Source of the DNA: a virus
Taxonomy: Duplodnaviria > Caudoviricetes
DNA: 54,978 nucleotides
Virus record (IMG/VR): IMGVR_UViG_3300027963_000094
Coordinates: 1-54,978 of that record
Direction: 5' to 3' (one strand)
Part shown: positions 37,221 to 47,400 of the stretch, piece by piece
Numbering within the stretch: position 1 is the first letter of the stretch
Layout of the letters: each line of letters starts with the position of its first letter
The notes under the pieces: model-generated
What the model saw: only the letters and a program-made list of their open reading frames with translations
The model's database searches: none
What the model was told of the DNA's origin: nothing
Translations under genes and position numbers: made by a program

Positions 37221-38228
37221 TTATCCTGGAAAGTCGCCTAATGATTTGGAGTAATCCGCTATTTGCTGTGCAGTAGGCCCTGGTGCTGCGCCCGTTGCGT
37301 CTATAGTGTTACCGCTTGGAAACAACCCACTTATAAAATTGCCTGCTGCCGTGCCAAACGGTGTTTGACTTACGCCGCCAATGATTGAGCTTAAGCCTGC
37401 AATTTGCTGAAGTGGTGAAGCTGCATAGGCGCCAGGGATTGGGCCTGTGTAGGTATTGGCAACTGATGTTGGCACATTGTAACCACGAAGTGCTTGTGCG
37501 CCAAGATTGGCAGCTGTCAACGGGAACAGTTGCTGGTTTTGATTGATGGTTTGCTGCTGACTGCCCATGGTGGCCAGCGCGTTAATGTCTGCCAAGTTAG
37601 CTGCTTGGCCTGCAGTTGCAAGACTGCCGTACTGCTGCGCAGCATTTAGCTTTTGTGTTTGATCAGCTTGTGCAGCTCGTAATGCTTCAGTATAGCCTTG
37701 CTGCAATGCCTGTGATTGCGCAGCTTGTGTATTTTGTAGTCCCGTGTTAATGGCTTGACCAAGAACCTCGGCGCCACGCTTAGACCCGAATTGGCCAGTG
37801 CCAACCGCTGATGCTGTAGCCTGCGGGGCCAAGAATTGCTGAATATTGCGCTGACCCAATGTCCCTAGTGCATCCACAACCTGCGTTGTGTAAGGGTTCA
37901 TGAACTGCTCAATCCGGCTTTCGCCGTCTTTAATTGGCAATCCTGTTTTTGGATCTACAGGCTTTGCCGTAATATCGGTTTGACCAATATTACTAGTTGC
38001 TTGCAATGCAGTATTGAAATACCCAGGGTAAGTATTGGTTGTGGTTGCAGCTTTCTCAAATGCTGCAGTTTGCAGCGGCTGCGCATTAGCATACGAGGCG
38101 CCTGCAACATTTGCGGTAGTACTTTTTGCTAAGTCACTTAAATAATCAGTGTACCAAGACGGCGCAGATGTTACTTGATTCTGCGTCGTGGTGATATTCG
38201 GTAGTGGATCACCTTGCATTAAACTCAT
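37221..38228 (-). CDS. Putative DNA-transfer / pilot protein
   Basis: 335 aa, Gln/Ala-rich; FMNPYTTQVVD...GQFGSKR motif typical of podovirus ejection proteins. Confidence 0.6.
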   Translation of the reverse strand: MSLMQGDPLPNITTTQNQVTSAPSWYTDYLSDLAKSTTANVAGASYANAQPLQTAAFEKAATTTNTYPGYFNTALQATSNIGQTDITAKPVDPKTGLPIKDGESRIEQFMNPYTTQVVDALGTLGQRNIQQFLAPQATASAVGTGQFGSKRGAEVLGQAINTGLQNTQAAQSQALQQGYTEALRAAQADQTQKLNAAQQYGSLATAGQAANLADINALATMGSQQQTINQNQQLFPLTAANLGAQALRGYNVPTSVANTYTGPIPGAYAASPLQQIAGLSSIIGGVSQTPFGTAAGNFISGLFPSGNTIDATGAAPGPTAQQIADYSKSLGDFPG

Positions 38229-41200
38229 TTCATGCCTTTCAAATATGACAGGGGTGACTTAGCCTTAGGGGGTATTTTACCAACAGGGGCTGATCTTTTG
38301 TGTTCTCTTATGCTTTCACGCATTTTATCCAAAACTTGGGCACCAGCCTTATTTGAGCCATTGCCCAGTGCTGCAACTGTATCAGCGTCAAACACGTACT
38401 CGCCATCCGCTAACATGGCGGGAATACTATCTGACTGGCCATCGCCTGCACCTTGCACGTAATTGCCGGTCTTTCCAGTAATAAACTTGGGAATATGCTC
38501 TACTTGACCGCCTTTAGCATAGCCCGATAGCGGGCTGCCACCAAGATATTTTAGTCCAGATGCAGTCAAGTTGCCTGTACTCACGCCCGGGATCATCGTG
38601 CTATTATCGCTACCGCTTACTGGATTCCCGGGAGATGGCGTGCCTGCAAGTTTGGCCCCTACAAAGCCGGTGCCTTCTTCAGTCTCAGCAGCTTCTGCAG
38701 TGGCAGGCTTAACCCGACCTGTTAAGACTTGCAATAGCTTGGAGTCTACATTAGCCAATTGTGGGTAAAGTTGCGTAAGTTGCGTCATCCCTGAATCATC
38801 CTTAATTCCTGCGCCAGCCAGCATTGTTGGTGTTAACGTCCCGGGCAATGCACCGGTACTTGCTGGAGTTGTTACTGCACCAAGTGCGCCTGACTGCGTT
38901 GTCTTTGTTGGTGTCTTTGTTGTAGGCGTCTTTACGCTTGGTGTTGTAGTTTTTGTAGGGTCTGTTGGTGTGGTTGTAATGGTTGGAGGTGTTGTCGTAT
39001 CAGTTGGTGGAGTAGATATAACAACAGGAGGCGTTACATCCTCAGGTGGGGGCGTGACAATACCGGGAGGTGTTACTGGCAAACTGCCTGTAGGTATTGT
39101 AGGCGTTGTAAGTGTAGGTATGTCTGTATTGACAGCTGGGTTAGTCGTAACTGTTGGGTTAGTCGTAATCGTTGGATTAGTTGTAATCGTTGGGTTAGTC
39201 GTAATCGTTGGATTAGTTGTAACAGTCGGATTAGTTGTAATCGTTGGGTTTGTAGTAACTGTTGGGGTTGCAATAACAGTGGCCAACGGGTTAGTTAAAA
39301 CTGTAGGGTTTATATTAACGTTAGCGTCAATTGCAGCTTGCGCATCAATCGCAGCTTGTGCGTCAGCGGCAGCCTTAGCATCAGCTGCGGCTTTAGCTTT
39401 AGCATCCGCAGCAGCCTTAGCCGCAGCCTTAGCCGCAGCCAGAGCTGCTAACGTGGCATTTGTTGTTGGGGCAGCTGTTACCGTGGCAGCAGCGGCGGCG
39501 TCTGCAGCAGCCTGCGCATCAGCGGCAGCTTGAGCAGCTGTAGCAGCATCCGCAGCAGCCTTGGCGTCCGCAGCAGCTTGAGCGGCAGCAGCAGCGTCAG
39601 CAGCAGCCTTAGCATCAGCGGCAGCTTTAGCATCAGCGGCAGCCTTAGCAGCAGCAGCGGCATCAGCGGCAGCCTTGGCATCAGCGGCAGCCTTAGCATC
39701 TGCTAGAGCTTTAGCCTCAGCTGCTGCAGCAGCCTTGGCAGCAGCATCCGCAGCAGCATCCGCAGCAGCCTTGGCAGCGGCATCCGCAGCAGCCTTAGTG
39801 GCAGCATCGGCAGTTGCAGCAGCCGCGGCAGCATCAGCTAGAGCCTTAGCATCAGCCGCAGCTTTGGCAGCAGCAGCGTCGGCAGCAACTTTGGCGTCAG
39901 CAGCAGCTTTGGCATTTGCGGCAGCAGTGGCAGCAGCAGCATCAGCTGCAACTTGCGCAGCAATAGCTGCATCAGACGTAACTTTAGCATCAGCTGAAAA
40001 CAGTGCGGCAGCTTTTGCAATGGCATCAGCTTTTGCTTGTGCTTCAGCTTGTAGTGCTGCGTCTATTGTTAATTGCGACCCTGTACCTGTTGTTGATGCG
40101 GCTCCAGTTCCGGCTGTTGTCGTTAACGCGCCTGTGCCTGTAGTTGAAGCAGCACCCGTTCCGGCTGTAGTAGCTGCACCCGTTCCTGCTGTAGTTAATG
40201 CGCCAGTACCAGATGTTGTAGCGGCACCTCCACCAACGGTAGATAGCGCGCCTGTATTGGTTGCTGCAGCTGCTGTACTCTTTGCAGCAATTGCAGCACT
40301 TACGTCACTTAAGTTTAACCCTGCCTCAGCCATAGCTGCGCCAACTTCTGCTTGTGACGCGCCGGGATGGTCAGCTAACCAAGAGTTAATGCTCTCATGA
40401 ACTTGATCTTGTGAGATATTATTTTCTTGTGCCCACTTCATCCCTGAACTTGAAAGATCCAAGCTTGAATTTGCATTGCCAATGTTAGTTAAAGTTTGCG
40501 CACCGGCGTCGCTAATTACAGACTGCCCAGTTGATGTGTCTACTAATGCGTTAATTTTGCCTGAGCCGTCTGTTGATGCAATGCCTGACTTACTAAGTTC
40601 TTCGTTAAAGGTGCTGTTAGTATCAGCAATAACTTTTTGAATGTTTGAGACTTCAATAGATGACGAGGTCTTGCCAGCAATAAGACCTTCAATCACGCCT
40701 TGTGTTAAAGACTTATTGATATTTACAGGTCTGCCTAAGGCAACGTCGGTAAGAACATCGGTTGTAAATGCCTCGATAAGATCGGATGTGCCTTCTTTTG
40801 TAAAACTAGCGCCTGCTTTGGTTGTTGCTTTACTAAGCGCGTTACTAACTTTATTAACCAATGCAGCATCTGCAACTCCGCCTGTAGCTACTGTGACTGC
40901 TGCAGCAATTTCAAATGCTGTTGACGCTTCAGCATCAGCTTGCGCATCAGTCTTATTTGCAGCTTTAGCTTCTCTATACTTATCGTTGTAAGCTGCACCA
41001 CCTGATTCCATGGCGTTCAATGCAACATCAACGCCTACAGCTGCAAATTTACCTGCATACTTAAGCACTTTAAGACCTAAGCCAATTGGTAAGCCTTCTT
41101 GGATAACCTCAATGGCAGCCATATTAAGTGACTGCGGATTGTTGTAAACAGCTTTTACGCCTGCAACAATCTTATTTCCTAGTCCTTGCGCGTCATTCAC

Positions 41201-43924
41201 TGCTTGAATAACATTTTGATTGGCTTCATTAACAGACTCTAGCTGCAAAGCCTCACCTGCACGTGTAATTGACTGCCCAGCATTTGTCATCGCGTTTACA
41301 GGGCCTGTAAGACCTAAGGCTGACCCTGTGGCGCCTACAAACTCAATAGTTTGACCCGTTGCTTGATTGATGTTTGCTAAACCTTGTTGCGCAATTGCTG
41401 CAGCGGTAGAACCTTCACCAAAAATGGAATTAATCGCAGCTTTAGCGGCTGTTGCTGCTTGCGCAGCTTTGGCTAACCCTAGGGCGTTGTTTTGCTCAAA
41501 TAATCTTTTGGTCTCAGCGCTAGACTCAGTGGTGTTAGCATTAGCCAATGCTGCGTTTTGGTTAGCCAACCGTTGCGTTTCAGCATTTGATTGCTGGACA
41601 GTAAGGTTGGGAGTCTGCAACGCGCCAATAGTATTGCCTAAAGCGTCTGTAGTTGCTGTACCTGACCAATAGTCAGTATTGCCAGCGTTTGCTACGTTAT
41701 TGGCGCTTGTCAATGCTGCAGTGTTTTTAGCTGCTAATGCACGAGCAGTGGCATCATTCTGTGCTGCAACTGTCTGAGACGCATTAGTTACTGTAGATAA
41801 GTTAGCAGCATTTAAAGCGCCAATCTTAGCATTTGCAGCTGCTGTAGCTTCTTCGCCTGTGCCAGTAGTAAAAGTGCCTGTTACGCCTGTTGCAGGATTA
41901 GTCCATTCAAAGGTAGTATTAGGCCCAAATGCTGCGCGATTAGCTGCAAACGTGTCATTGAATGACGTAGGCTTTGTAACTTTGGCTGCATTTGCCGCAA
42001 CTGCTGCGTCGTAGTTACCAAACTCATCCGTGTAGTTGCCAACATCGGTAAGGATGTTAGAACCATTACCAAAGTTTAACGTATTGATTGCGCCGGTATC
42101 ATTGCCAATTGATGAAGTAATCTGCTTGGTAGATAAGTTTGATGCGCCTGTAAGACCGGTCTTATCAGTTGTTGCCGCAGTTTGCAATGCGCCTACTGTA
42201 TTTTGGCCTTTAGCCTCGGCTATAGTTGCGTTGGCTGTTGCAATAGCGGAATTGATTACAATTTGATCAAGCGTTTGGCCTGATAGAGCGCCTGTTGTAG
42301 CGTTAATAACGAGTTGTTTTTGCGCGTTTGAAAGATCTGCAAACCCATCGATACTACCTAACAGCGTATCAACAGCGGCGCCTGTTCCACCAGTAGCAGC
42401 ACCTTTTAGTACGGCATCGCCAATGTCTTGGCCTGACAATACAGCTTTACCGCCTGCCACAGCTGCATTTTGGAATGCTTTGGATAATATGCCTGAGGAG
42501 TCAACTGTATTAAGAAAGTTGGTGCCGTCTTTAATAGCGTCAAGTCCTGGGATTTGCGCGCCTGCATAACTAATTGCGGCACCCTTAATTGCTTCCCCTA
42601 TATCTTTACCTGATAAGACTTGCACAGCCATGTTAGCTGCAATCTGTTGTGGCAAAGATAAGCCACCTGTTGCAATTGCAAGACCAATTTGCGCAAGTGG
42701 TCCCAAATCTTGCATCAAGATTGCAAGGTCATTAGATGTTGCTTGTGTTGTATAAAAGATAGGATTGCCTGATGCATCAAACTGCACGCGGTAACCGGTG
42801 TTGCCTTTACCGTCAAAGGTGCCGCCAAAGGCATTGCCTTGCTGGCGCTCACCGTATGTGCTGGCAACTTCTTGCCCAGTAAGCTTATTGCCAAATACTT
42901 CTTGCTTTCCTACAGGCGCTGTGTAGACAAGCTCTGCACTGCCTGAATCACCACCACTGTAGACTGTATCTGACTTAACCAAACTGGCGTCAACAGGTTT
43001 TCCATTTTGATCTACATAACCAACTATTTTCTGTGAGTAAAATTGCTGACCTTCACTATCTGTTACCAAGTCGCCTTGCGCGTATACAGGCTGCACCGCT
43101 GCGTCAACAGTTTTAGTAACCTTGCCAAACTGGCTAATATCTGTAGCGCCAGTATCAGCAATGATCTTGGCCATGTCTGCAGCATTCTTTTCAGCAGAGC
43201 CTTTGCCTTCACCTTTCCACTTGTCTGAAGTGCCTTGCGCAAGAATCTGCTGCGTAATCTTAGCTACAACATCTTCTTTGGACATAGGCGCTGCTGCTGC
43301 GGCAGTATCAGCTTGCGCTAACGCGCCGGTAGCTGCTGGAGTAGTAACTACTGGCGCAGCTTGTGCTAACGCGCTGGTTTTAACCACAGCAGCATCAGTC
43401 TGCGCTTTCGTGGCAGCATCCGCTGCAGTTTTAGCAGCAGCAAGTTCATTTGCACGTTGTGCGTCAGCTTGTGCTTTAGCTGCTGCGTCAGCTTGTGCCT
43501 TAGCTGCTGCGTCTGCTTGCGCCTTGGCTGCAGCTGCCTCGTTGGCTCTTTGCTGCTCTGCGTATAAGCGTTGATTTTCAGCTTGTTGCGCTGCCCATTG
43601 CCGCTGATTTTCAGCTTGCTGTGCTGCCCATGCAGCCTCGTTGGCAGCTTGTTGCCTTGCAGCTTCTGCCGCGGCAGCTCTATCAGCGGCTGCAGTATCA
43701 GCAGCAGGTGGTGCTACATTTGCTGAGCCAAAGTAATTATTAACTTCTGCAGTTGAAAAGCCTGTAACCCTTGCAAGATCTGCAACAGACACGCCATTGG
43801 CCGCTGCTGCAGCTGCAATTACGGCAGGGTTGTTAATGTTGGCTTGTACAAACGCAAGAATTACGTCATCTGACAAGCCACCTGTGTCTTCGTATGCTGT
43901 GCTGTATGATGCTTTTGCTGCCAT
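38225..43924 (-). CDS. Giant Ala/Thr-rich putative internal virion protein with a tape-measure-like C-terminal module
   Basis: 1899 aa; AAADAKAA and TTNPT(I/V) repeats; C-terminal YAKGG...GAGDGQSDSIPAMLADGEYV. Confidence 0.75.
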   Translation of the reverse strand: MAAKASYSTAYEDTGGLSDDVILAFVQANINNPAVIAAAAAANGVSVADLARVTGFSTAEVNNYFGSANVAPPAADTAAADRAAAAEAARQQAANEAAWAAQQAENQRQWAAQQAENQRLYAEQQRANEAAAAKAQADAAAKAQADAAAKAQADAQRANELAAAKTAADAATKAQTDAAVVKTSALAQAAPVVTTPAATGALAQADTAAAAAPMSKEDVVAKITQQILAQGTSDKWKGEGKGSAEKNAADMAKIIADTGATDISQFGKVTKTVDAAVQPVYAQGDLVTDSEGQQFYSQKIVGYVDQNGKPVDASLVKSDTVYSGGDSGSAELVYTAPVGKQEVFGNKLTGQEVASTYGERQQGNAFGGTFDGKGNTGYRVQFDASGNPIFYTTQATSNDLAILMQDLGPLAQIGLAIATGGLSLPQQIAANMAVQVLSGKDIGEAIKGAAISYAGAQIPGLDAIKDGTNFLNTVDSSGILSKAFQNAAVAGGKAVLSGQDIGDAVLKGAATGGTGAAVDTLLGSIDGFADLSNAQKQLVINATTGALSGQTLDQIVINSAIATANATIAEAKGQNTVGALQTAATTDKTGLTGASNLSTKQITSSIGNDTGAINTLNFGNGSNILTDVGNYTDEFGNYDAAVAANAAKVTKPTSFNDTFAANRAAFGPNTTFEWTNPATGVTGTFTTGTGEEATAAANAKIGALNAANLSTVTNASQTVAAQNDATARALAAKNTAALTSANNVANAGNTDYWSGTATTDALGNTIGALQTPNLTVQQSNAETQRLANQNAALANANTTESSAETKRLFEQNNALGLAKAAQAATAAKAAINSIFGEGSTAAAIAQQGLANINQATGQTIEFVGATGSALGLTGPVNAMTNAGQSITRAGEALQLESVNEANQNVIQAVNDAQGLGNKIVAGVKAVYNNPQSLNMAAIEVIQEGLPIGLGLKVLKYAGKFAAVGVDVALNAMESGGAAYNDKYREAKAANKTDAQADAEASTAFEIAAAVTVATGGVADAALVNKVSNALSKATTKAGASFTKEGTSDLIEAFTTDVLTDVALGRPVNINKSLTQGVIEGLIAGKTSSSIEVSNIQKVIADTNSTFNEELSKSGIASTDGSGKINALVDTSTGQSVISDAGAQTLTNIGNANSSLDLSSSGMKWAQENNISQDQVHESINSWLADHPGASQAEVGAAMAEAGLNLSDVSAAIAAKSTAAAATNTGALSTVGGGAATTSGTGALTTAGTGAATTAGTGAASTTGTGALTTTAGTGAASTTGTGSQLTIDAALQAEAQAKADAIAKAAALFSADAKVTSDAAIAAQVAADAAAATAAANAKAAADAKVAADAAAAKAAADAKALADAAAAAATADAATKAAADAAAKAAADAAADAAAKAAAAAEAKALADAKAAADAKAAADAAAAAKAAADAKAAADAKAAADAAAAAQAAADAKAAADAATAAQAAADAQAAADAAAAATVTAAPTTNATLAALAAAKAAAKAAADAKAKAAADAKAAADAQAAIDAQAAIDANVNINPTVLTNPLATVIATPTVTTNPTITTNPTVTTNPTITTNPTITTNPTITTNPTVTTNPAVNTDIPTLTTPTIPTGSLPVTPPGIVTPPPEDVTPPVVISTPPTDTTTPPTITTTPTDPTKTTTPSVKTPTTKTPTKTTQSGALGAVTTPASTGALPGTLTPTMLAGAGIKDDSGMTQLTQLYPQLANVDSKLLQVLTGRVKPATAEAAETEEGTGFVGAKLAGTPSPGNPVSGSDNSTMIPGVSTGNLTASGLKYLGGSPLSGYAKGGQVEHIPKFITGKTGNYVQGAGDGQSDSIPAMLADGEYVFDADTVAALGNGSNKAGAQVLDKMRESIREHKRSAPVGKIPPKAKSPLSYLKGMK
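39130..39275 (-). repeat. 18-bp tandem repeat encoding TTNPT(I/V)
   Basis: About 7 units of ACxACTAAyCCrACnrTT on the minus strand. Confidence 0.85.
39340..40060 (-). repeat. Ala-rich low-complexity tandem repeats (AAADAKAA)
   Basis: Repeated GCAGCCTTAGCATCAGCG-type units on the plus strand. Confidence 0.85.
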
Positions 43925-43926
43925 AA

Positions 43927-44187
43927 TTAGCTCGTTGCTGGGTTAACTGCATTGACAAGCTGCTCAGCCCATTCTTGCCAATCATCAAACTGGTATGGCC
44001 CGGGAATACCCTCATTGGTAAACACGTCAATGGATTTTAATCCTGCGCCCCATGCTTTCCAATCAGTATTTGCATCAGGAATTGATAACTGCTGCGCCGA
44101 GTATAGCTCAACCATAAGGCAAGCCCACGACTCAAAAGTGTGATACCTAGGGTCATAGACCTGAGCAACGTTAAGTAGATTAGCCAT
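43927..44187 (-). CDS. Trp-rich hypothetical tail-region protein
   Basis: ATG at 44187; 86 aa; DWKAWG...PGPYQFDDWQEWA. Confidence 0.75.
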   Translation of the reverse strand: MANLLNVAQVYDPRYHTFESWACLMVELYSAQQLSIPDANTDWKAWGAGLKSIDVFTNEGIPGPYQFDDWQEWAEQLVNAVNPATS

Positions 44188-46168
44188 AAGGTCTTGAATC
44201 TCCAACATCCGCGTCTAACAAGATCTTACCTAATTGGTAGTCACCGCCTGCCACGTTAGATACAAACTTCAATCGCAACTCACGACGCTGTTCACGCATG
44301 TCAATCTTACCTGTGCTGGAGCTAAAGGTGTAAGCCGCTGAGGTTACGTCAGCTGTTTGCGCAAATGGACGACCCGTGACATACAAATCCATGTCACCTT
44401 CTTGTATAAAGTCAGGCTCTACACGCTCTAGTCTTAACCATCTATTCTCACCAACAGGGCTAGGTTGCGACGGGCCACCTGAAACCAACCCAACGTCATT
44501 AGTTTCAAAATATGACTCAATAGCTGTGGAAAGCGCGCCTACAACTTTATCAGTGCCAATCTCATTCTGGTACAGTGAGACAAAGCTCATTAGTGTAGCA
44601 ACTGTTAAAACAAAACCTGAACCGCCTGCAATGGTTGCAGACAGCGTATTGCCAACGACGTAGTTAATGCCGTGGCCATTGATCACCACAGCAGTTACAA
44701 CATTGCCCGCTACAGTAATATTAGCTGTTGCGCCTGTACCCGAGCCACCTGTCAATACCGTATTGTTATAAGTGCCATTAGTGTATGCTGACCCTGCATT
44801 GGTAATAGTTGCAGTTAAGATGCCACCGGTGGCATTGACATTCCAATCTGTAGTAATGGGGTAATGGAACACTTGAGAGAAGTAACCTGCAGATCGCTGA
44901 GCGCCTACTGCAAAACCTGCGTCATACCACACGTTTTCACGCACGTTATAAATAACAGCGTCATTGCACTCGGTGGCAGTGCCTGAGGGGTAGAACCACC
45001 AGATCTCTCCAAAACGAGGTACCTTGGTGACCCAAATCTTTTCACGTTGAGCGTAGTTCAGGTTGTCAAAGAAGTGATTTTGGTTGAACGCGTTAGGGAT
45101 CTCTTTTACAACGCCGTTATAAAGCAAAAACCTATCAACACCACACCAGTAATACACACCGTCATACTCAATGACCGACTGGCTTGAAAGAATAGATGAC
45201 TGGCTTGAAATTAAGTCATACCGCCAGTACTGCGGAGGTGACCCTGCACCGCCAATGTAAGACACTCGAATTAAAGAATCCAAGCTCCAAAAGAGACCCG
45301 ATGGTGCATTTGAGCCACCACGTACGGGTAATCCTTGGACAATCTTGCCGGTGGCCACTGAGACCTCGTTGGCGTCAACAGATACCCAATCATTCACATT
45401 TCCAGCTGAGCAATTCTTAATTAGCCCATCATTACCATAAACAAACACGTAGGGGTGAAGCGTAACCACGCCACCTGATACAGAGATCTGATTGTTAAAA
45501 GTTAGTGTAATGCTGGAGCCTGTAGCAGTTGCAGGAGCAGAAATTACCAGCGTAGTGCCTGAGATGGACACAACAGTTGCCGCTGAAGGAATACCCGTGC
45601 CCGTCACCACTTGGCCTGCTCCAATCTGTGTATTAGCAGCAGCCAAAGTAATGGTGGCTGACCCGCTGGTAATAGTTGCAGCAACTGCTGTGAACACGCC
45701 AATAGGACTTAAACTTGTGCCTGTAATGGTGCCACCAAGCACGGATGTGTTGACGTTGTTGTCAATCAGTGAGAGGTTCTGCCCAGGATGAGCCAGCAAT
45801 AAGTTATTACCTGAGCCCGTGCCGTCAAAGAATGTATCAAACTGCCAGAGGTTATTAGCGTTTGCAGTAAACCCGGTTAACGTAAAGTCAGTAATGCCCG
45901 AGCCAATACCCACATTGTTAATCGGTAAAACTTGCAACCCACCTGAATAGCCATTGAAAACGTTGTTAAAGCTTTGCTGTGGGTTCAAGTAAACACCACG
46001 ACTGGGGCCTGCAAAGTCATTCACAATCTCTCTGTAGCCACCTATCTTTCGCGGACGGCCTCGTTGAAACCTTACCCAGCGACCATCAGAGTACGCATCT
46101 GCATCAAGTGTGGTGCCATCCCGTTGAATTCCGGGCTTTGTATCTAAGGCAAAAACTTTCTTGGTCAT
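44180..46168 (-). CDS. Tail tubular/nozzle (P22 gp10-like stabilization) protein
   Basis: 662 aa; KPGIQRDGT...WVRFQRGRPRKIGG; EIWWFYPS; beta-propeller-like composition. Confidence 0.7.
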   Translation of the reverse strand: MTKKVFALDTKPGIQRDGTTLDADAYSDGRWVRFQRGRPRKIGGYREIVNDFAGPSRGVYLNPQQSFNNVFNGYSGGLQVLPINNVGIGSGITDFTLTGFTANANNLWQFDTFFDGTGSGNNLLLAHPGQNLSLIDNNVNTSVLGGTITGTSLSPIGVFTAVAATITSGSATITLAAANTQIGAGQVVTGTGIPSAATVVSISGTTLVISAPATATGSSITLTFNNQISVSGGVVTLHPYVFVYGNDGLIKNCSAGNVNDWVSVDANEVSVATGKIVQGLPVRGGSNAPSGLFWSLDSLIRVSYIGGAGSPPQYWRYDLISSQSSILSSQSVIEYDGVYYWCGVDRFLLYNGVVKEIPNAFNQNHFFDNLNYAQREKIWVTKVPRFGEIWWFYPSGTATECNDAVIYNVRENVWYDAGFAVGAQRSAGYFSQVFHYPITTDWNVNATGGILTATITNAGSAYTNGTYNNTVLTGGSGTGATANITVAGNVVTAVVINGHGINYVVGNTLSATIAGGSGFVLTVATLMSFVSLYQNEIGTDKVVGALSTAIESYFETNDVGLVSGGPSQPSPVGENRWLRLERVEPDFIQEGDMDLYVTGRPFAQTADVTSAAYTFSSSTGKIDMREQRRELRLKFVSNVAGGDYQLGKILLDADVGDSRPYG

Positions 46169-47400
46169 GTGAACGTACCTCCAGCAATGCCGGTGGTAAA
46201 CGTGCCTGAGCCAGTCACAGAAACGCCAGTAGCAGTTGCTTTAAGCCTTTGCGTGCCAAGCACTGAAATGCCAAACTCGCCAGCTGCAGGTCGATACACG
46301 CCGGTGCTGGTTTCAGCAGCAAAGTTAAGTGACGGTGTTCCGACAGTTCCGTCAACTAAACTAATAGACGTTGCGCCGGCTTGGGTTGTATTGGCGTTTA
46401 AAAAGTTAATGCTATCACAAATCAGCGTGGCTTGCTGCCCAGGAGGAATTGTAGCAGTGGCTCCAAGGCCGGTTGTAATAGTAAGGCTATAGCCATTATC
46501 CGTTGTCTGGTTTGAGATGACGTACAGGTTAACAATTGGCGGAAACGTTACGGTCACGTTGCTTGTTAAATTGCCAACGTACTCTTGAATATTGTTTGCC
46601 GCTTCGTTGTTGGTCAACAAAACCGCGCCACCCGTAACACTCTTTGTTAAAGAGGTAAACACAAATGAGGTGCTTACTCCATAGCCAACGGTGACATACG
46701 CCGTGCCAGTGCAAACAATAAACGCCGACTCTGTTGGGTTAAACGTCTTGGTGCTATTGCCATCAATCAGCTCAGCGCCAGTACAAGAAATAATGAATGA
46801 GCCTGTGCCATTGTTCTTAAACAACGTGAACCAGTTATTGCCTAACGTTGCAGCTGCTGGAAGTGTTGCAGTGCCTGCACCGCCGCCCCACACTCTGGTT
46901 TGCGCTCTGTCTGTAGTTGCAAATGTAGAGGTCGATGTGATTGCCGCTGAAGGATGGCTTTGATTCAGCGTTACGCCGCTTGCAACTAATCCGTAGCCTG
47001 CCAACGTGGTGGCGTCGGCGCTGGACGTGCCAGTTCCAAAGGCAATAATGCCCCAAGTGCCTTGGCTGGTTGAATTAGTTGTTATATAGATATACTTGGA
47101 TTCTCCGGCAGCCACTGAGACGATGGTATTTGTGCCTGCGTAGTCCTTAACAGTGAACGTATTGGCGCCAATGTTGCGAATTAGCGCGTCGTTGCCTACA
47201 GATGTTTGATCCGCCGGTGGCATATACAAGTTAAGACCGGCAGTGCTAGCCGTGACCTGCATGATACGCGCAGCAAAGTCAGAGTTGGTTGTACTATTGG
47301 AAGGCCAGTTTAACTGCGTGTTGGCAGTTAGCGTGACGGCGCGGTAGCTAACATCAGTTGGCTGAATAACATCACCGGTAAAAGGGCTTACATAGCTCAT
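46165..47400 (-). CDS. Tail structural / fibre-attachment protein
   Basis: 411 aa, Thr/Gly-rich; DGTVGTPSLNFAAETSTGVYR; ends TTGIAGGTFT. Confidence 0.65.
   Translation of the reverse strand: MSYVSPFTGDVIQPTDVSYRAVTLTANTQLNWPSNSTTNSDFAARIMQVTASTAGLNLYMPPADQTSVGNDALIRNIGANTFTVKDYAGTNTIVSVAAGESKYIYITTNSTSQGTWGIIAFGTGTSSADATTLAGYGLVASGVTLNQSHPSAAITSTSTFATTDRAQTRVWGGGAGTATLPAAATLGNNWFTLFKNNGTGSFIISCTGAELIDGNSTKTFNPTESAFIVCTGTAYVTVGYGVSTSFVFTSLTKSVTGGAVLLTNNEAANNIQEYVGNLTSNVTVTFPPIVNLYVISNQTTDNGYSLTITTGLGATATIPPGQQATLICDSINFLNANTTQAGATSISLVDGTVGTPSLNFAAETSTGVYRPAAGEFGISVLGTQRLKATATGVSVTGSGTFTTGIAGGTFT

Noticed and set aside
38970-40400. Long plus-strand ORFs (187 aa and 241 aa) and similar antisense ORFs across the structural region
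   Set aside because: Shadow frames of Ala/Thr-rich minus-strand genes, with low-complexity mirrored translations.
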